Positions 39,927 through 49,860 of a stretch of 64,000 nt of DNA are shown here, in pieces; within the stretch, counting starts at the first letter, position 1, and the number at the start of each line of letters is the position of its first letter. The stretch lies in IMG/VR virus record IMGVR_UViG_3300037264_003213, positions 17,848 through 81,847 of that record, one strand, 5' to 3'. The DNA is from a virus. The position numbers and the translations under genes are program-made. Below the pieces are notes generated by a model. It saw only the letters and a program-made list of their open reading frames with translations. It was not told the DNA's origin and made no database searches.

Positions 39927-40730
39927 TCAGGATCGCCACCAATGATTTTGAGGCGGATAAGTTAAATCGTGAATGTTTGTGAGACTAGGAATATTCAAAC
40001 GAGAATGTTTAATAAGTTTGTTCCATTCTTTTTTAAATTCTTCTTCTGACCTATTATATTCGTGTCCCCAAGAATTATTTTTATCCACTGTTCCTAGTTT
40101 TGCGTTCAAATCTTGATTCCTTTTCAATGTTCTAGAGAAACCAACATATTTGTAATGCAAATTCATTAATTCATCTCGTTCTGGAAACACCACAATGCCG
40201 TATGGGGATGCTATGTGTCTCCCTGGATGATAATGTGTTTCTGTAATTTTATTTGGATCAAAGATAGATAATTTGTTCATCATGGCATACGGACGACCCC
40301 TAGTTAATTCCTCGTAAATTTGCCGATTAGAATTTGGTAATACCTCACTTATCATTTGAAATCCCAATGCAGGTATAACTGTTATTCCATCTTCTGTGCA
40401 GCGTCTCAAGTATTTTGGTAAACCAGGATGATATAAAAATTCATCAACGGGGGTCATTATTACCCAATCGACTTTTCCAATACTTTCTTTCCATACTGAG
40501 TTGTGAACTTCCTGAGCGGCTAATACATATGAATCCACATGGCGAAACAGCGGTGGCCTTACCTCTACTTTAGGATTTTTATGTAGTATCTCCAGTGTAT
40601 TGTCCGTTGAACCGTCGTCATAAAAAACGTATTGATCTACGAGTGAATCATAGTGCTTGAAGAAATATGGCAACAGTAATTCCTCGTTCCAGCAAATCGA
40701 ATAAAGATGTATTTTTTGTTTAGAATTCAT
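39927..40730 (-). CDS. glycosyltransferase family 2-like
   Basis: WNEELLLPYFFKHY, YDDGSTD, VDEF, HYK. Confidence 0.85.
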   Translation of the reverse strand: MNSKQKIHLYSICWNEELLLPYFFKHYDSLVDQYVFYDDGSTDNTLEILHKNPKVEVRPPLFRHVDSYVLAAQEVHNSVWKESIGKVDWVIMTPVDEFLYHPGLPKYLRRCTEDGITVIPALGFQMISEVLPNSNRQIYEELTRGRPYAMMNKLSIFDPNKITETHYHPGRHIASPYGIVVFPERDELMNLHYKYVGFSRTLKRNQDLNAKLGTVDKNNSWGHEYNRSEEEFKKEWNKLIKHSRLNIPSLTNIHDLTYPPQNHWWRS

Positions 40731-41301
40731 ACTCTGTGCTTTTTATTTGCTTAGATGGATTACCAATAACCATAGCATGGGTTGAAACATTCTCTGTAAC
40801 AACTGCGCCCGCACCCACAACGGCAAAAGTACCGACTTCTATATCTGGTAAAATAACAGCACCTGTGCCTATCATAGCTCCCCTTCTAATTGTCACGCCG
40901 CCACCTGTGGTTACACCAGGACCAATAGAAACAAAATCGTCTAATTTAATATGATGCCCTAAACAAGCTCCCCTGTTTATGACCACATAATTACCTAATT
41001 TACCATGCGAACCAATTACTACACTTTTGTTAATAAAGCAACCCACTCCATGCTCAAAGACAATGGGTAAGTCATTATTCCTATCGGATAGCAAGGGAAA
41101 TGGCACTAGACCTAATTCCAGAGCTTCCTTGACGGCCCTGTAGCGGTTAAACGGACTGAATAATGGCACCAAAAACGATCCAGATATCTCTATCGTCAAA
41201 GGTTCTAGATTATTGACTATAGTTTCTACAGTAACATTATTTTTCTGACAAACCTCTAAGTAGTCTACTATGAGATCAGACCCACAAGCATACAAAATCA
41301 T
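40720..41301 (-). CDS. hexapeptide-repeat sugar acetyltransferase (PglD/NeuD-like)
   Basis: LGHH, IGTGAVI, VGAGAVVT, GNP. Confidence 0.85.
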   Translation of the reverse strand: MILYACGSDLIVDYLEVCQKNNVTVETIVNNLEPLTIEISGSFLVPLFSPFNRYRAVKEALELGLVPFPLLSDRNNDLPIVFEHGVGCFINKSVVIGSHGKLGNYVVINRGACLGHHIKLDDFVSIGPGVTTGGGVTIRRGAMIGTGAVILPDIEVGTFAVVGAGAVVTENVSTHAMVIGNPSKQIKSTEYEF

Positions 41302-42275
41302 ATTCTCTCCATTATTGTATCACATATGTAGTTAATTGCTTCATCAGTAAGACCTGGGTAACATGGTAAACTTAACACTGTATTACACCATTTTTCCACC
41401 ATAGGCAATGCCTGCTGTTCTCCCCAAGGAGCTACTTGCCTATTCAATGCCGATGGGAAGTGAACTTTGGTTTCAATGCCTTTGGCTAGCAAGTGGGCTT
41501 TTAGTAAATCTCGTTTTTCAGTCCTTATGACAAATAGATGATTCATGCCTGGCTGATTTATTGCCAAATCGGGTAATCTATAATAATAAAGATTTGCTAT
41601 TTTTCTTCTGGTTTCTAGCCAGTAGTCTAGCTGTTTTAGTTTAACTCTGAGTATGGCTGCTTGTATTTCATCCATACGGGATGTGATTTGTCTGCCGTCA
41701 TGCAAAATATCGTCACAACCTGACAAAGATTTGATGGTGGCGGCGAGAGCTAGATCATTGGTGGTTATGGCCCCAGCATCGCCCATAGCTCCAAGTGTCT
41801 TCGTTGGATAAAAACTCCAACATGCCACAGCATGAGATGGTGGTTTCCAGCCGTGTGCATGCGCAGCATCAAATAATTTGCACCGCAATTCTTCTTTAGA
41901 AGGATTTCTGCCGTAAAGCAATACAGGCACAGATTTTAAGTTAATATTTAGTAAGTGGCCATTATCATTAATTTCTACGACTTTTACTTTCACGCCAGCT
42001 TTATGAAGTCCTACTGCGGTAAGTGGAATTGTATTTCCTTGCACTTCTGCTTCTTGCAAATTCATAGCAAGTGCAGCAAGGGTTAATGCATCTGTGCCGC
42101 TAGCGCAAGCCACACAGTATTTTTGCCCACAATAAGATGCCCATTCTTGCTCAAATAAATCTGTTTCTTGACCCCGTAAATAATGACCACTGCTAAACAC
42201 TCTGTTGATAGCTTCGCGGAGGTCTAAATCTATAGGGGCAATAGCTGGCAACAAATCATTGAATCTTACATGCAT
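41298..42275 (-). CDS. DegT/DnrJ/EryC1/StrS sugar aminotransferase
   Basis: ASGTDAL, DAAHA, SFYPTKTLGAMGDAG, SRMDEIQAAIL. Confidence 0.95.
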   Translation of the reverse strand: MHVRFNDLLPAIAPIDLDLREAINRVFSSGHYLRGQETDLFEQEWASYCGQKYCVACASGTDALTLAALAMNLQEAEVQGNTIPLTAVGLHKAGVKVKVVEINDNGHLLNINLKSVPVLLYGRNPSKEELRCKLFDAAHAHGWKPPSHAVACWSFYPTKTLGAMGDAGAITTNDLALAATIKSLSGCDDILHDGRQITSRMDEIQAAILRVKLKQLDYWLETRRKIANLYYYRLPDLAINQPGMNHLFVIRTEKRDLLKAHLLAKGIETKVHFPSALNRQVAPWGEQQALPMVEKWCNTVLSLPCYPGLTDEAINYICDTIMERI

Positions 42276-42287
42276 ACGTTATGTGAG

Positions 42288-42575
42288 TTATATAAACTTA
42301 ATTTCTTCTCTTGAAAAACGTATTTCCAAGTTATGACCATCCAGCAGCACGTTCCACAATGGACACGTTTCGAACATTTTCTTAATCATTTTCGGATTAT
42401 TGCTATTATCGCTCTTGTTCTTTATGGTCATTGCTTCATATTTATAGACGTGTGGGCCATATAAAACAGTCCCTTTTACGTTGTATAAGGCACCGCCTAT
42501 CGAATTAACGATGACACGCTTGCCACTATCATCTTGAGTCATGGCAACCGCATTAAACGGTATCTGCATGGACAC
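42288..42575 (-). CDS. hypothetical protein
   Basis: ~95-aa ORF. Confidence 0.6.
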   Translation of the reverse strand: MSMQIPFNAVAMTQDDSGKRVIVNSIGGALYNVKGTVLYGPHVYKYEAMTIKNKSDNSNNPKMIKKMFETCPLWNVLLDGHNLEIRFSREEIKFI

Positions 42576-42656
42576 ATTATAGTACGAATATATTAAAAAC
42601 TATAATTATTATTTTAATTCAAGCATAAATAGGGTAAGACAAGAAAAGGAGTTCAT

Positions 42657-43568
42657 ATGTCTGGCCCCCCATCATTTGACTTTGATCCACCAGCAGGTCC
42701 AGCGGGAACAATAGCTATACCTTACAGTTATAATGTAACAGGACAGTGCTTTTTTGGACTTACTAGCTTCACGGTTCTAACAGGCAGTTTACCGCCTGGA
42801 ATAACCATAAGTTCATTTACCACTTCTCCTGGTGCGTGGTCTGCTACGCTTTCAGGCACTCCTCTTGGTCCAGTTGCTACATCAACTGGAACCTTTAGAG
42901 CAACTGATCCAGGTGGTAATGGGGATTCAGGAACTTTCAGTATTGCTATTGGCGATCCACACTTCATAAGTTTCCGTGGTGAAAAGTTCGACTTCCACGG
43001 AGAACCAAATAAGATTTACAACCTATACAGTGATGCAAATGTCCAGATTAATTCACTATTTGCTTCTTGGGAAACAAGCGAAGCTAGTGATTGGACTGCT
43101 ATGCAAGAAATGGGTATTAAGTTCAGTAACTTAAGAATTAAAATAGATGCTTTGACTCAAACAATAACTATGAATGATATCGTTGTGAATGGGATTGATT
43201 TTAGTGGCGGTTTTATCAAGTTAGTTAACGAGATACCAGAAAAGCACCAGGCTATAAAACAACAAGGATTTGAAGAATTTATTAGTGGTATAATTATTAG
43301 ATTTTATAACTACGAATATTTCATTGCTTTTACTACCGATCACATTAATCCAGTTTGTCTTAATATAATGCAGCACATTGTTGGCGAGGTAGATGCTCAT
43401 GGAGTTGTAGGACAGACGGCAATGTATAAGGGGCCACCGAGAAAATCTATGGGTCCAAATGGCGCAGGCATTATTCAAGGTTCATATAGGGATTATGAAG
43501 TATCTGATCTTTTCGATGATGACTTCAGGTTTAACAAGTGGATGCCAATAGAGAAACTATCAGCTTGA
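42657..43568 (+). CDS. Ig-like domain plus GDPH-containing VWD-like domain protein, probably virion-associated
   Basis: GSLPPGI...LSGTP (putative Ig repeat), then GDPHFISFRGEKFDFHG and HGVVGQ; CATAAATA and AAGGAG upstream. Confidence 0.7.
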   Translation: MSGPPSFDFDPPAGPAGTIAIPYSYNVTGQCFFGLTSFTVLTGSLPPGITISSFTTSPGAWSATLSGTPLGPVATSTGTFRATDPGGNGDSGTFSIAIGDPHFISFRGEKFDFHGEPNKIYNLYSDANVQINSLFASWETSEASDWTAMQEMGIKFSNLRIKIDALTQTITMNDIVVNGIDFSGGFIKLVNEIPEKHQAIKQQGFEEFISGIIIRFYNYEYFIAFTTDHINPVCLNIMQHIVGEVDAHGVVGQTAMYKGPPRKSMGPNGAGIIQGSYRDYEVSDLFDDDFRFNKWMPIEKLSA

Positions 43569-43607
43569 TTACTGTCTAATTATTTACTATTTTATAGTAA
43601 ATATAAT

Positions 43608-46600
43608 ATGAATTTCAAATGGTGGTTCTGTTTAGCTGAAAGCCAATTATTAAGCGAAGACTTCAAAACTCAAAGGGAGAAGTTTATAGCACAGGGTATT
43701 GCGGCTAACATAGTTGACAACTACTTAAACACCTTCAAAGAGATTAAAGACAAGAAATATAAAGAAATATTTGCCAATGTAGCTGGTGTTACAGTCCCTT
43801 CTGCCCAACGCATCAATGTAGACGCCTATACGGACTTCCATGAGCTAGAAAGGGTTGTAGATTACGTCAGGGGTCAAAGAGACTTATCTAAGGCCAAGTT
43901 TACCGATGTTACGTTCTCTGGCAAACCAATTTACACGGGCAATGGCCTGGAAATCTATTATGCTGATTCACCAAGAGCCTGTATTCAATATAAGGGCAGT
44001 GTCCCTTATAGCTGGTGCATAGCCCGCTCCGACACTTCTAACATGTTCTACACTTATCGCTACAAGGAACACGAACCAGCCTTTTATTTCATCAAAGACC
44101 TGGAGAAGACCAAGGCAGAATTCGGCTTGTGGAACGCCACCAAGACGGTCTTTTCGGGTAAATTCAGGGATAAGTACCACTTTTTCGTTGTTCAAGTTGT
44201 TAAGAATGCAGACCCAAACGACCCGAATAAAAAGCAGTATGTTGTAACTTCGGCTCAGAATGACGGCGATCAGCAAATGAATTGGAATGAATTGGTTGCC
44301 CTTGAGCCTAAGTTGCAGAACTTACAAAGTGTCTTGGTGAGCAAACCACTAACCACACAAGAAAGGCAGGATTATGACAGGTTTAAAGATGGCATAAACG
44401 ACGAACAATTCTCTAAACTAGATTATAGCGAAAAGAATCGCTATTTAGATATTGCGGTTCGTCTGGATCAGGCATTATCGACGCAGCAATTCCAGATGCT
44501 ACCAGACGATCTCAAGAATAAGTATATAAGTTTTGGTGTCGGTTTGAACGAGGCTCAATATGGAATGATTTTGCAGAACAAGCCACTACTCAAACGTTAC
44601 CAGGACATAACACTTAGGAAATTTGATGAAGCACTTAAGTCTGAACACGATATAGGTTTTACGCCTTCAGAAATTCAAATAATTATTAGTTCGCCTGATT
44701 TTGCTGAAAAAATGCAAGCAACGGAGAATCATGATCTGGTTAGTAAGATTGTGGAGTCGTATCCTGAATCGGCAATTAAGATAGCGTCGGTGATGTTGCC
44801 AGAAACGCTTGATCCAAGGATGATTCGAACACTCATTGATCCTGTTGATGATATAAATACCAAAGCACAAATCGGTTCAGTTATTATTGATAAGCTAGGC
44901 CAAGAGTTTAATTTGGAGGACATGGAGGCTTTATTTCAAACTGATGATGATGATTATTACAACAGGAATTACGATCCTGCTTTTGGAGAACAACATAAAT
45001 TAAAGCAGTTTTGGGAAGCGATGGGAGAAAAGCTAATCCAGGTAAAGGATTTGGATGATGATGAAGTTCACTTCTTATTGAACGCAACCAAGAGTGAGAA
45101 ATTGGCCCATATGTTAGTGGCCAAACATGGCAAGAATCTATCGCATGGTGCAGTTGTTGCCATGCTTCACAATGTTAAAGGTAATGAAGCGGCGAAACTT
45201 GCGATGAGTATGAAAGATAAACTTTCGCCTGAAGAATATCAAGAAATGCTTAAGTCGCATTACACTATGTCATCTAGAAGGTCAACGGGCGGCGATGCGT
45301 CTAGAAAATCTAAAGAAAAGTTCTATGGCGCGATGGGACATCACGCAGAGGTGCTAACATATCCAGACGGCCATCGTTGGTTTGAAGGTGCAAAAGAAAT
45401 GGACCCCGATAGCATCAAGAATGACCATCTATTCTATCTTTTATCTCCTTCAGGAGAAATTGAAGTTGGTTTGCAAGTCGTCAATGGAAAAGCATCAGTG
45501 ATGCACGCGGAAGGGAAATCCTTGCATGATGCAATGGATAAGAACCCGAAAGCGTGGAAACCAGAAGATTTAAGTCAATATTATAAGCATCCTTCGAAGT
45601 GGAATGATTACATTGTAGATTTTATTAGTCGAAAACCAGATATTGTAAAACGAGTTCATTCAATAAGTCCTGATTGGCACCTTGGTAATTTAACTCCAGA
45701 ACAAAAAGAAAAACTCTTTAGGGAACGTCCAGATGCCATGCCGAAGGTTGATTTTCAGACTTCGGAAGGTTATTCTTGGTCATATAGCGGTCACAATTAT
45801 CAGTTATATGATGACCACTGGCAACCTATTCTAAATTTCGTGATAGACGACAACGATATCAGCCGTGGTAGTTGGCACAGCCCTTCTATTTCGCAAATGT
45901 TTATTGGTAAGCAAGAAATTGATAAGCCTAAGTTCAGCAAAGCGACAGCAGAATTGATATTGAACAAGGGCTTTGAGCATATTGACAGTAGAGAAAAGAA
46001 CGATTATCAATGGAAATTTGATGATATGCTACCAGAGCATCAACAAATGGTCCTAGAGAAACACCCAGGTTTTAACGACCCATATAGTTATATCCAGAAA
46101 AAGTCTGATTCAAAGGAAAAAAGTCTTAATATGATGGGCGGCGGGATGGGGTATGGCATGAAGGTTTTAGATGATGATGATACCGTAATCCTCGATGCCC
46201 ACCATACAATCCAAGAAAAGGATTTGCTGACTGCTAACTTTTTCGCAAAAGGACTGCCCGTTCACGACAAACTTGAAACTCGAAGAATTGTTGATTTACT
46301 AAGTACGAAAATTCACGGAATTTATGGCGGGGGTGATAAGTGGGAATTCGAGAAACTGGCAAAAGAAGGCGATCTGAATACGTTGAAAAAGAAGTATCCA
46401 TTTGCAGACGAAGAGATGATGAACCTCTCCCGTGAACATGGCTACCGCACCTCTGATGCTCTATCACATGGGATCGGCAAGGTTGTCATGCCGCAGGTAA
46501 TGAAGCTGCTGTACGAAGAACTAAAACCTTATGAAACAGATAAATTCAAGATCGTTTTCAGAGACGGAAAGATAGAATTCGAAACATCTTACGAGCAGAT

Positions 46601-46811
46601 GGCCGAAGAGTACAAGAAGAATCATTCTTTGAAGTCATTTATGGATGAATATAAGACCTGGAGACAGGGTTTGAAAGTTAATTGGAGAGATTTCTTTACC
46701 AAGCTCGATAAGGTTGAACGAAATATCGACAAGGGAGCATTCAAGAATGCGATCAGCAGCTCCCTTGACCACAGCAGAGCAGAGAAATATACTACCGACA
46801 GCCGCATCTAA
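43608..46811 (+). CDS. 1067-aa late protein with capsid-targeting-like N-terminus
   Basis: MNFKWWFCLAES; TAAATA 4 nt before ATG; SWCIAR...YR..FYFI block; helical-repeat middle. Confidence 0.75.
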   Translation: MNFKWWFCLAESQLLSEDFKTQREKFIAQGIAANIVDNYLNTFKEIKDKKYKEIFANVAGVTVPSAQRINVDAYTDFHELERVVDYVRGQRDLSKAKFTDVTFSGKPIYTGNGLEIYYADSPRACIQYKGSVPYSWCIARSDTSNMFYTYRYKEHEPAFYFIKDLEKTKAEFGLWNATKTVFSGKFRDKYHFFVVQVVKNADPNDPNKKQYVVTSAQNDGDQQMNWNELVALEPKLQNLQSVLVSKPLTTQERQDYDRFKDGINDEQFSKLDYSEKNRYLDIAVRLDQALSTQQFQMLPDDLKNKYISFGVGLNEAQYGMILQNKPLLKRYQDITLRKFDEALKSEHDIGFTPSEIQIIISSPDFAEKMQATENHDLVSKIVESYPESAIKIASVMLPETLDPRMIRTLIDPVDDINTKAQIGSVIIDKLGQEFNLEDMEALFQTDDDDYYNRNYDPAFGEQHKLKQFWEAMGEKLIQVKDLDDDEVHFLLNATKSEKLAHMLVAKHGKNLSHGAVVAMLHNVKGNEAAKLAMSMKDKLSPEEYQEMLKSHYTMSSRRSTGGDASRKSKEKFYGAMGHHAEVLTYPDGHRWFEGAKEMDPDSIKNDHLFYLLSPSGEIEVGLQVVNGKASVMHAEGKSLHDAMDKNPKAWKPEDLSQYYKHPSKWNDYIVDFISRKPDIVKRVHSISPDWHLGNLTPEQKEKLFRERPDAMPKVDFQTSEGYSWSYSGHNYQLYDDHWQPILNFVIDDNDISRGSWHSPSISQMFIGKQEIDKPKFSKATAELILNKGFEHIDSREKNDYQWKFDDMLPEHQQMVLEKHPGFNDPYSYIQKKSDSKEKSLNMMGGGMGYGMKVLDDDDTVILDAHHTIQEKDLLTANFFAKGLPVHDKLETRRIVDLLSTKIHGIYGGGDKWEFEKLAKEGDLNTLKKKYPFADEEMMNLSREHGYRTSDALSHGIGKVVMPQVMKLLYEELKPYETDKFKIVFRDGKIEFETSYEQMAEEYKKNHSLKSFMDEYKTWRQGLKVNWRDFFTKLDKVERNIDKGAFKNAISSSLDHSRAEKYTTDSRI

Positions 46812-47086
46812 AACGTCTCTTCTCTCCAAAACTCTTCACCTTCCATGAAGTAATGCACAACAGTTTTACCCGTCGTAGATGGATACTTACGATCTACCAT
46901 AATCTTTCCAGAGTGGCACTTCCTGTGACAGTTAGAGCAAATACATAACATGTTGGAATTTATATACTTGCCGCCATCTTTTCCAGGTATAATACGGTGG
47001 GCATCCAGTAGATTCTGGTCATCTTCGCCACAAAAGAAGCACCTTTTATGAGATAGTTTGTAAATTTTCTTTCTCGACAACTTCAT
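46808..47086 (-). CDS. HNH endonuclease
   Basis: CFFC...DAHRIIPG..GG.Y..SN..CICSNCH..CH. Confidence 0.85.
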   Translation of the reverse strand: MKLSRKKIYKLSHKRCFFCGEDDQNLLDAHRIIPGKDGGKYINSNMLCICSNCHRKCHSGKIMVDRKYPSTTGKTVVHYFMEGEEFWREETF

Positions 47087-47106
47087 TCCTATATTGTATA
47101 TAGTTT

Positions 47107-47766
47107 ATGAACTTCGCGCAATGGTATTTTGAGAATGGTCCTGATCCTAAACAACAGTTATTTCCTTGGGCCACAGAAGAAGAACCGCTTGATTATAAGC
47201 GTCTAGCGCGATATAAAAGCCCTGAAAATTACATTAAATCGCAAGTAAAGGGTGCAAAGCAAACAGAAAAAGCGGCTCAAACAGTTGTTGCTGCCCCACC
47301 TAACAGTTTCATGTCAGGTAAAGAAGATGTAGAAAGAATATTTCATAGTGAAGTTATTATTCCGCCAAAACAGTTTGCCAATGGGCAAGTCAGACCAGAA
47401 AGACATATTGCCTTTGTTTTGCTGAACAAGACTGATCCACTGGTCAATGGCAATAAAAGACTAATTGCAATTTGGCAGGGCGACCCCACGAATCGACTTA
47501 CAAAGAATGATGTGCTAGGCCACATGTACGATGTATTAGGCGGCATCCTCTTTAAAGGATCATATTTAACTCACGCTTGGATTGATCCAAACTACAAAGG
47601 ACCAGATGTAAATTTGTATAGAGATTTAAGGGAATTTGCCAGGAAATATTATGGGGTTATAGGGACAGAGCCTGGTGATGAATTAACAAGTAAAAGCTAT
47701 AGAGCATCACAAGCTAAATACGATTGGAAGCGATTCCAACAGCAGCAGTTTATCCATAAACCTTAA
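47107..47766 (+). CDS. hypothetical late protein with capsid-targeting-like N-terminus
   Basis: MNFAQWYFEN; C-terminal half loosely GNAT-like (WIDPNYKG..LY). Confidence 0.65.
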   Translation: MNFAQWYFENGPDPKQQLFPWATEEEPLDYKRLARYKSPENYIKSQVKGAKQTEKAAQTVVAAPPNSFMSGKEDVERIFHSEVIIPPKQFANGQVRPERHIAFVLLNKTDPLVNGNKRLIAIWQGDPTNRLTKNDVLGHMYDVLGGILFKGSYLTHAWIDPNYKGPDVNLYRDLREFARKYYGVIGTEPGDELTSKSYRASQAKYDWKRFQQQQFIHKP

Positions 47767-48079
47767 TGAATACCTCTCCCCACACTTCTGCTCGCCCCAT
47801 TACTTCTTGAAAAGTTCGTTGGTTACGGATGCTGGTAAGTTGATGGATTAATTTTACTTCCTGTTGTTGGAAGTAGGATGGTGGTTTACCAGCCCTAATT
47901 GCCTTGATACATTCGTCGTATTCTGGTAGTTTTGCTGTGAAGTGCCAGGCGGTCAATTGTGCTGGACCTCCTTTTGAACGTGCATCTTGTGCAATTTTCG
48001 CTGCACCTTTCTTTCGATCTTCGCAGAATTGCACGTTTTCATCCTGTTTTCTATTTACATGTTCATTGAAAGTGTGCAT
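47750..48079 (-). CDS. hypothetical late protein
   Basis: MHTFNEHV; TAAATA 4 nt before ATG. Confidence 0.65.
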   Translation of the reverse strand: MHTFNEHVNRKQDENVQFCEDRKKGAAKIAQDARSKGGPAQLTAWHFTAKLPEYDECIKAIRAGKPPSYFQQQEVKLIHQLTSIRNQRTFQEVMGRAEVWGEVFIKVYG

Positions 48080-48091
48080 AATCTATTTACT

Positions 48092-48271
48092 ATGATTCAC
48101 TACATTCTTTGTTGGTTATTTGGACATAAGTTTGTGCATAAAGTCCACACTGGAAGAACTACAAAGTATTTCATGGGTGATGCTTACAACGCTAATGTTT
48201 ATAAATGGGAACAATTACCATTCTGTGTTCGTTGCGGTAAACCAAATGTAAATTACGAGTATCAAAAATGA
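48092..48271 (+). CDS. small zinc-binding protein (CWLFGH...CVRC)
   Basis: DUF1660-like C-x-L-F-G-H ... CxRC pattern. Confidence 0.6.
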   Translation: MIHYILCWLFGHKFVHKVHTGRTTKYFMGDAYNANVYKWEQLPFCVRCGKPNVNYEYQK

Positions 48272-48522
48272 GAAAAACAGTTTGTTATTGCGACATTTGC
48301 AAGAAAGAAGTTAAAGAAGTTGATTTACGGCTTTTCGACAGTTACGAAATATGTTTATGTTGTAGAAGAAATATAATTCATCGAGTTATAAAAGACAAAC
48401 CTTTTATTTTGACGCCCTGGTGTAAAGTTTGTAACGGCATGGGAATTATTAGGGAATCTATTGATTGTGGTTATGACCACAACCAATATGAAACCAAGAA
48501 ATGCGAGAATTGCAAGATATGA
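48268..48522 (+). CDS. small zinc-finger protein
   Basis: Multiple CxxC pairs. Confidence 0.65.
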   Translation: MRKTVCYCDICKKEVKEVDLRLFDSYEICLCCRRNIIHRVIKDKPFILTPWCKVCNGMGIIRESIDCGYDHNQYETKKCENCKI

Positions 48523-48782
48523 TGGAAAATCCTGGCTACCACCTGGAAGAAATCCTCCGTGGAAAATATGGTGAGATTTCCAAAATTCTAGAAGAAGCCG
48601 CCGAATTAAAAGATGCAATGAAGCAAGGCAATAAGATTATGGTTCTTATTGAACTATGCGACGTTATTGGTGCCATCGACGGCTACTTGGACAATTATTA
48701 TGGGGACAAGATCACCATAGATCATCTTATAACAATGGCATTTACTACAAAAAGAGCCTTTAGTTCAGGACACCGAAAATGA
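48522..48782 (+). CDS. MazG-like nucleotide pyrophosphohydrolase
   Basis: KILEEAAELKDA...IELCDVIG (EExxE...ExxD). Confidence 0.65.
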   Translation: MENPGYHLEEILRGKYGEISKILEEAAELKDAMKQGNKIMVLIELCDVIGAIDGYLDNYYGDKITIDHLITMAFTTKRAFSSGHRK

Positions 48783-49003
48783 TTGAAAAAGTAAAAAATC
48801 TTTTGCTTGGCAAAACTATCGAAGAAGTAGAATTTAGTTCATGGCAAGCTACAAATGACACTTTAATCTTACGATTTACAGATAAAACGCATATCAAAAT
48901 CATGTCAGACCCGAATATGACATTTGATGGGCTGGCATTTTATATCAAAAAGTCCAAAACTGTAACCATTGACCAGGAATATGACGAAGAAATAAGTAAT
49001 TAG
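48779..49003 (+). CDS. hypothetical protein
   Basis: 74-aa ORF. Confidence 0.6.
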   Translation: MIEKVKNLLLGKTIEEVEFSSWQATNDTLILRFTDKTHIKIMSDPNMTFDGLAFYIKKSKTVTIDQEYDEEISN

Positions 49004-49061
49004 AATGTCTAAAACTGTAACCATTGACCAGGAATATGACGAAGAAATAAGTAATTAGAAT
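48952..49061 (+). repeat. 55-bp tandem duplication
   Basis: gtc[c/t]aaaactgtaaccattgaccaggaatatgacgaagaaataagtaattagaat twice. Confidence 0.95.
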
Positions 49062-49234
49062 CCGTAACCAGTCGCTAGTCCTTGACTTTCAAGCCATTGC
49101 ATGTATTCATTCCACCAACCCTTGGTTTTAAGTTCTTGGACAAACTGCTCATAGCCACCTTCCATCATACGACGATTTTGCGATTCGCTCAAATATCCAC
49201 TGTGGCCAATCCACTCTTTAAAGCAAATTTTCAT
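49055..49234 (-). CDS. small protein with capsid-targeting-like N-terminus
   Basis: MKICFKEWIG..YLSE; TACATA 6 nt before ATG. Confidence 0.55.
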   Translation of the reverse strand: MKICFKEWIGHSGYLSESQNRRMMEGGYEQFVQELKTKGWWNEYMQWLESQGLATGYGF

Positions 49235-49254
49235 TATAATTATGTAGGGTGAAA

Positions 49255-49848
49255 ATGATAGATTATGAAAAAATCGCTGCTGCAATAAGACACTATAACG
49301 AAGCTGGTTTTAAGTATATTGACGTTCCTTGGATCATTTCCAAGGAATCCATGATAATTACTGCACCGCCTGGAGTCCGTCTATTCGATACTTTTGCGGG
49401 TAGTCTTGTAGCTTCTGGCGAACAATCATTCCTTGAAATCAGGAAAGAACTCTTAAAGGCTGATGGCTTTCCAGCTTTATATCAGTGTGTAACGCCTTGT
49501 TTTAGGGATGAGACTAATCCTGACGACCTGCACCTTCAGTATTTTATGAAAAATGAGCTAATTGGTATTAACTGGCATACCTTTGAGAATAAGGAAAAGG
49601 TTCCTTGGGCATTGCTTAATTTCGTTATTCGAAAGGCTTTAGATTACTTCAAAATCTACGCTTATGAGCCAGAGGATGAACTCAAGGTGATAGATGCTCC
49701 GATGCCTAATTCTGTGGTAAATCATGATATTACGATTAGGGGTATTGAAGTTGGGTCTTACGGCTATCGTTATACTGATGATTTTGCTTGGGTTTATGGG
49801 ACTGGTGTTGCTGAGCCAAGATTAACGCAAGTTCTTACTACGAAATAA
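49255..49848 (+). CDS. stand-alone class II aminoacyl-tRNA-synthetase-like catalytic domain
   Basis: Motif 1 GFKYIDVPW, LVASGEQ, motif 2 PCFRDE...FMKNEL, IEVGS, motif 3 GVAEPRL; no anticodon-binding domain. Confidence 0.75.
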   Translation: MIDYEKIAAAIRHYNEAGFKYIDVPWIISKESMIITAPPGVRLFDTFAGSLVASGEQSFLEIRKELLKADGFPALYQCVTPCFRDETNPDDLHLQYFMKNELIGINWHTFENKEKVPWALLNFVIRKALDYFKIYAYEPEDELKVIDAPMPNSVVNHDITIRGIEVGSYGYRYTDDFAWVYGTGVAEPRLTQVLTTK

Positions 49849-49860
49849 CTATGTTATTTC

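Noticed and set aside
48952-49061. Direct repeat as a mini-CRISPR or att site
   Set aside because: Two adjacent copies with no spacer and no integrase nearby
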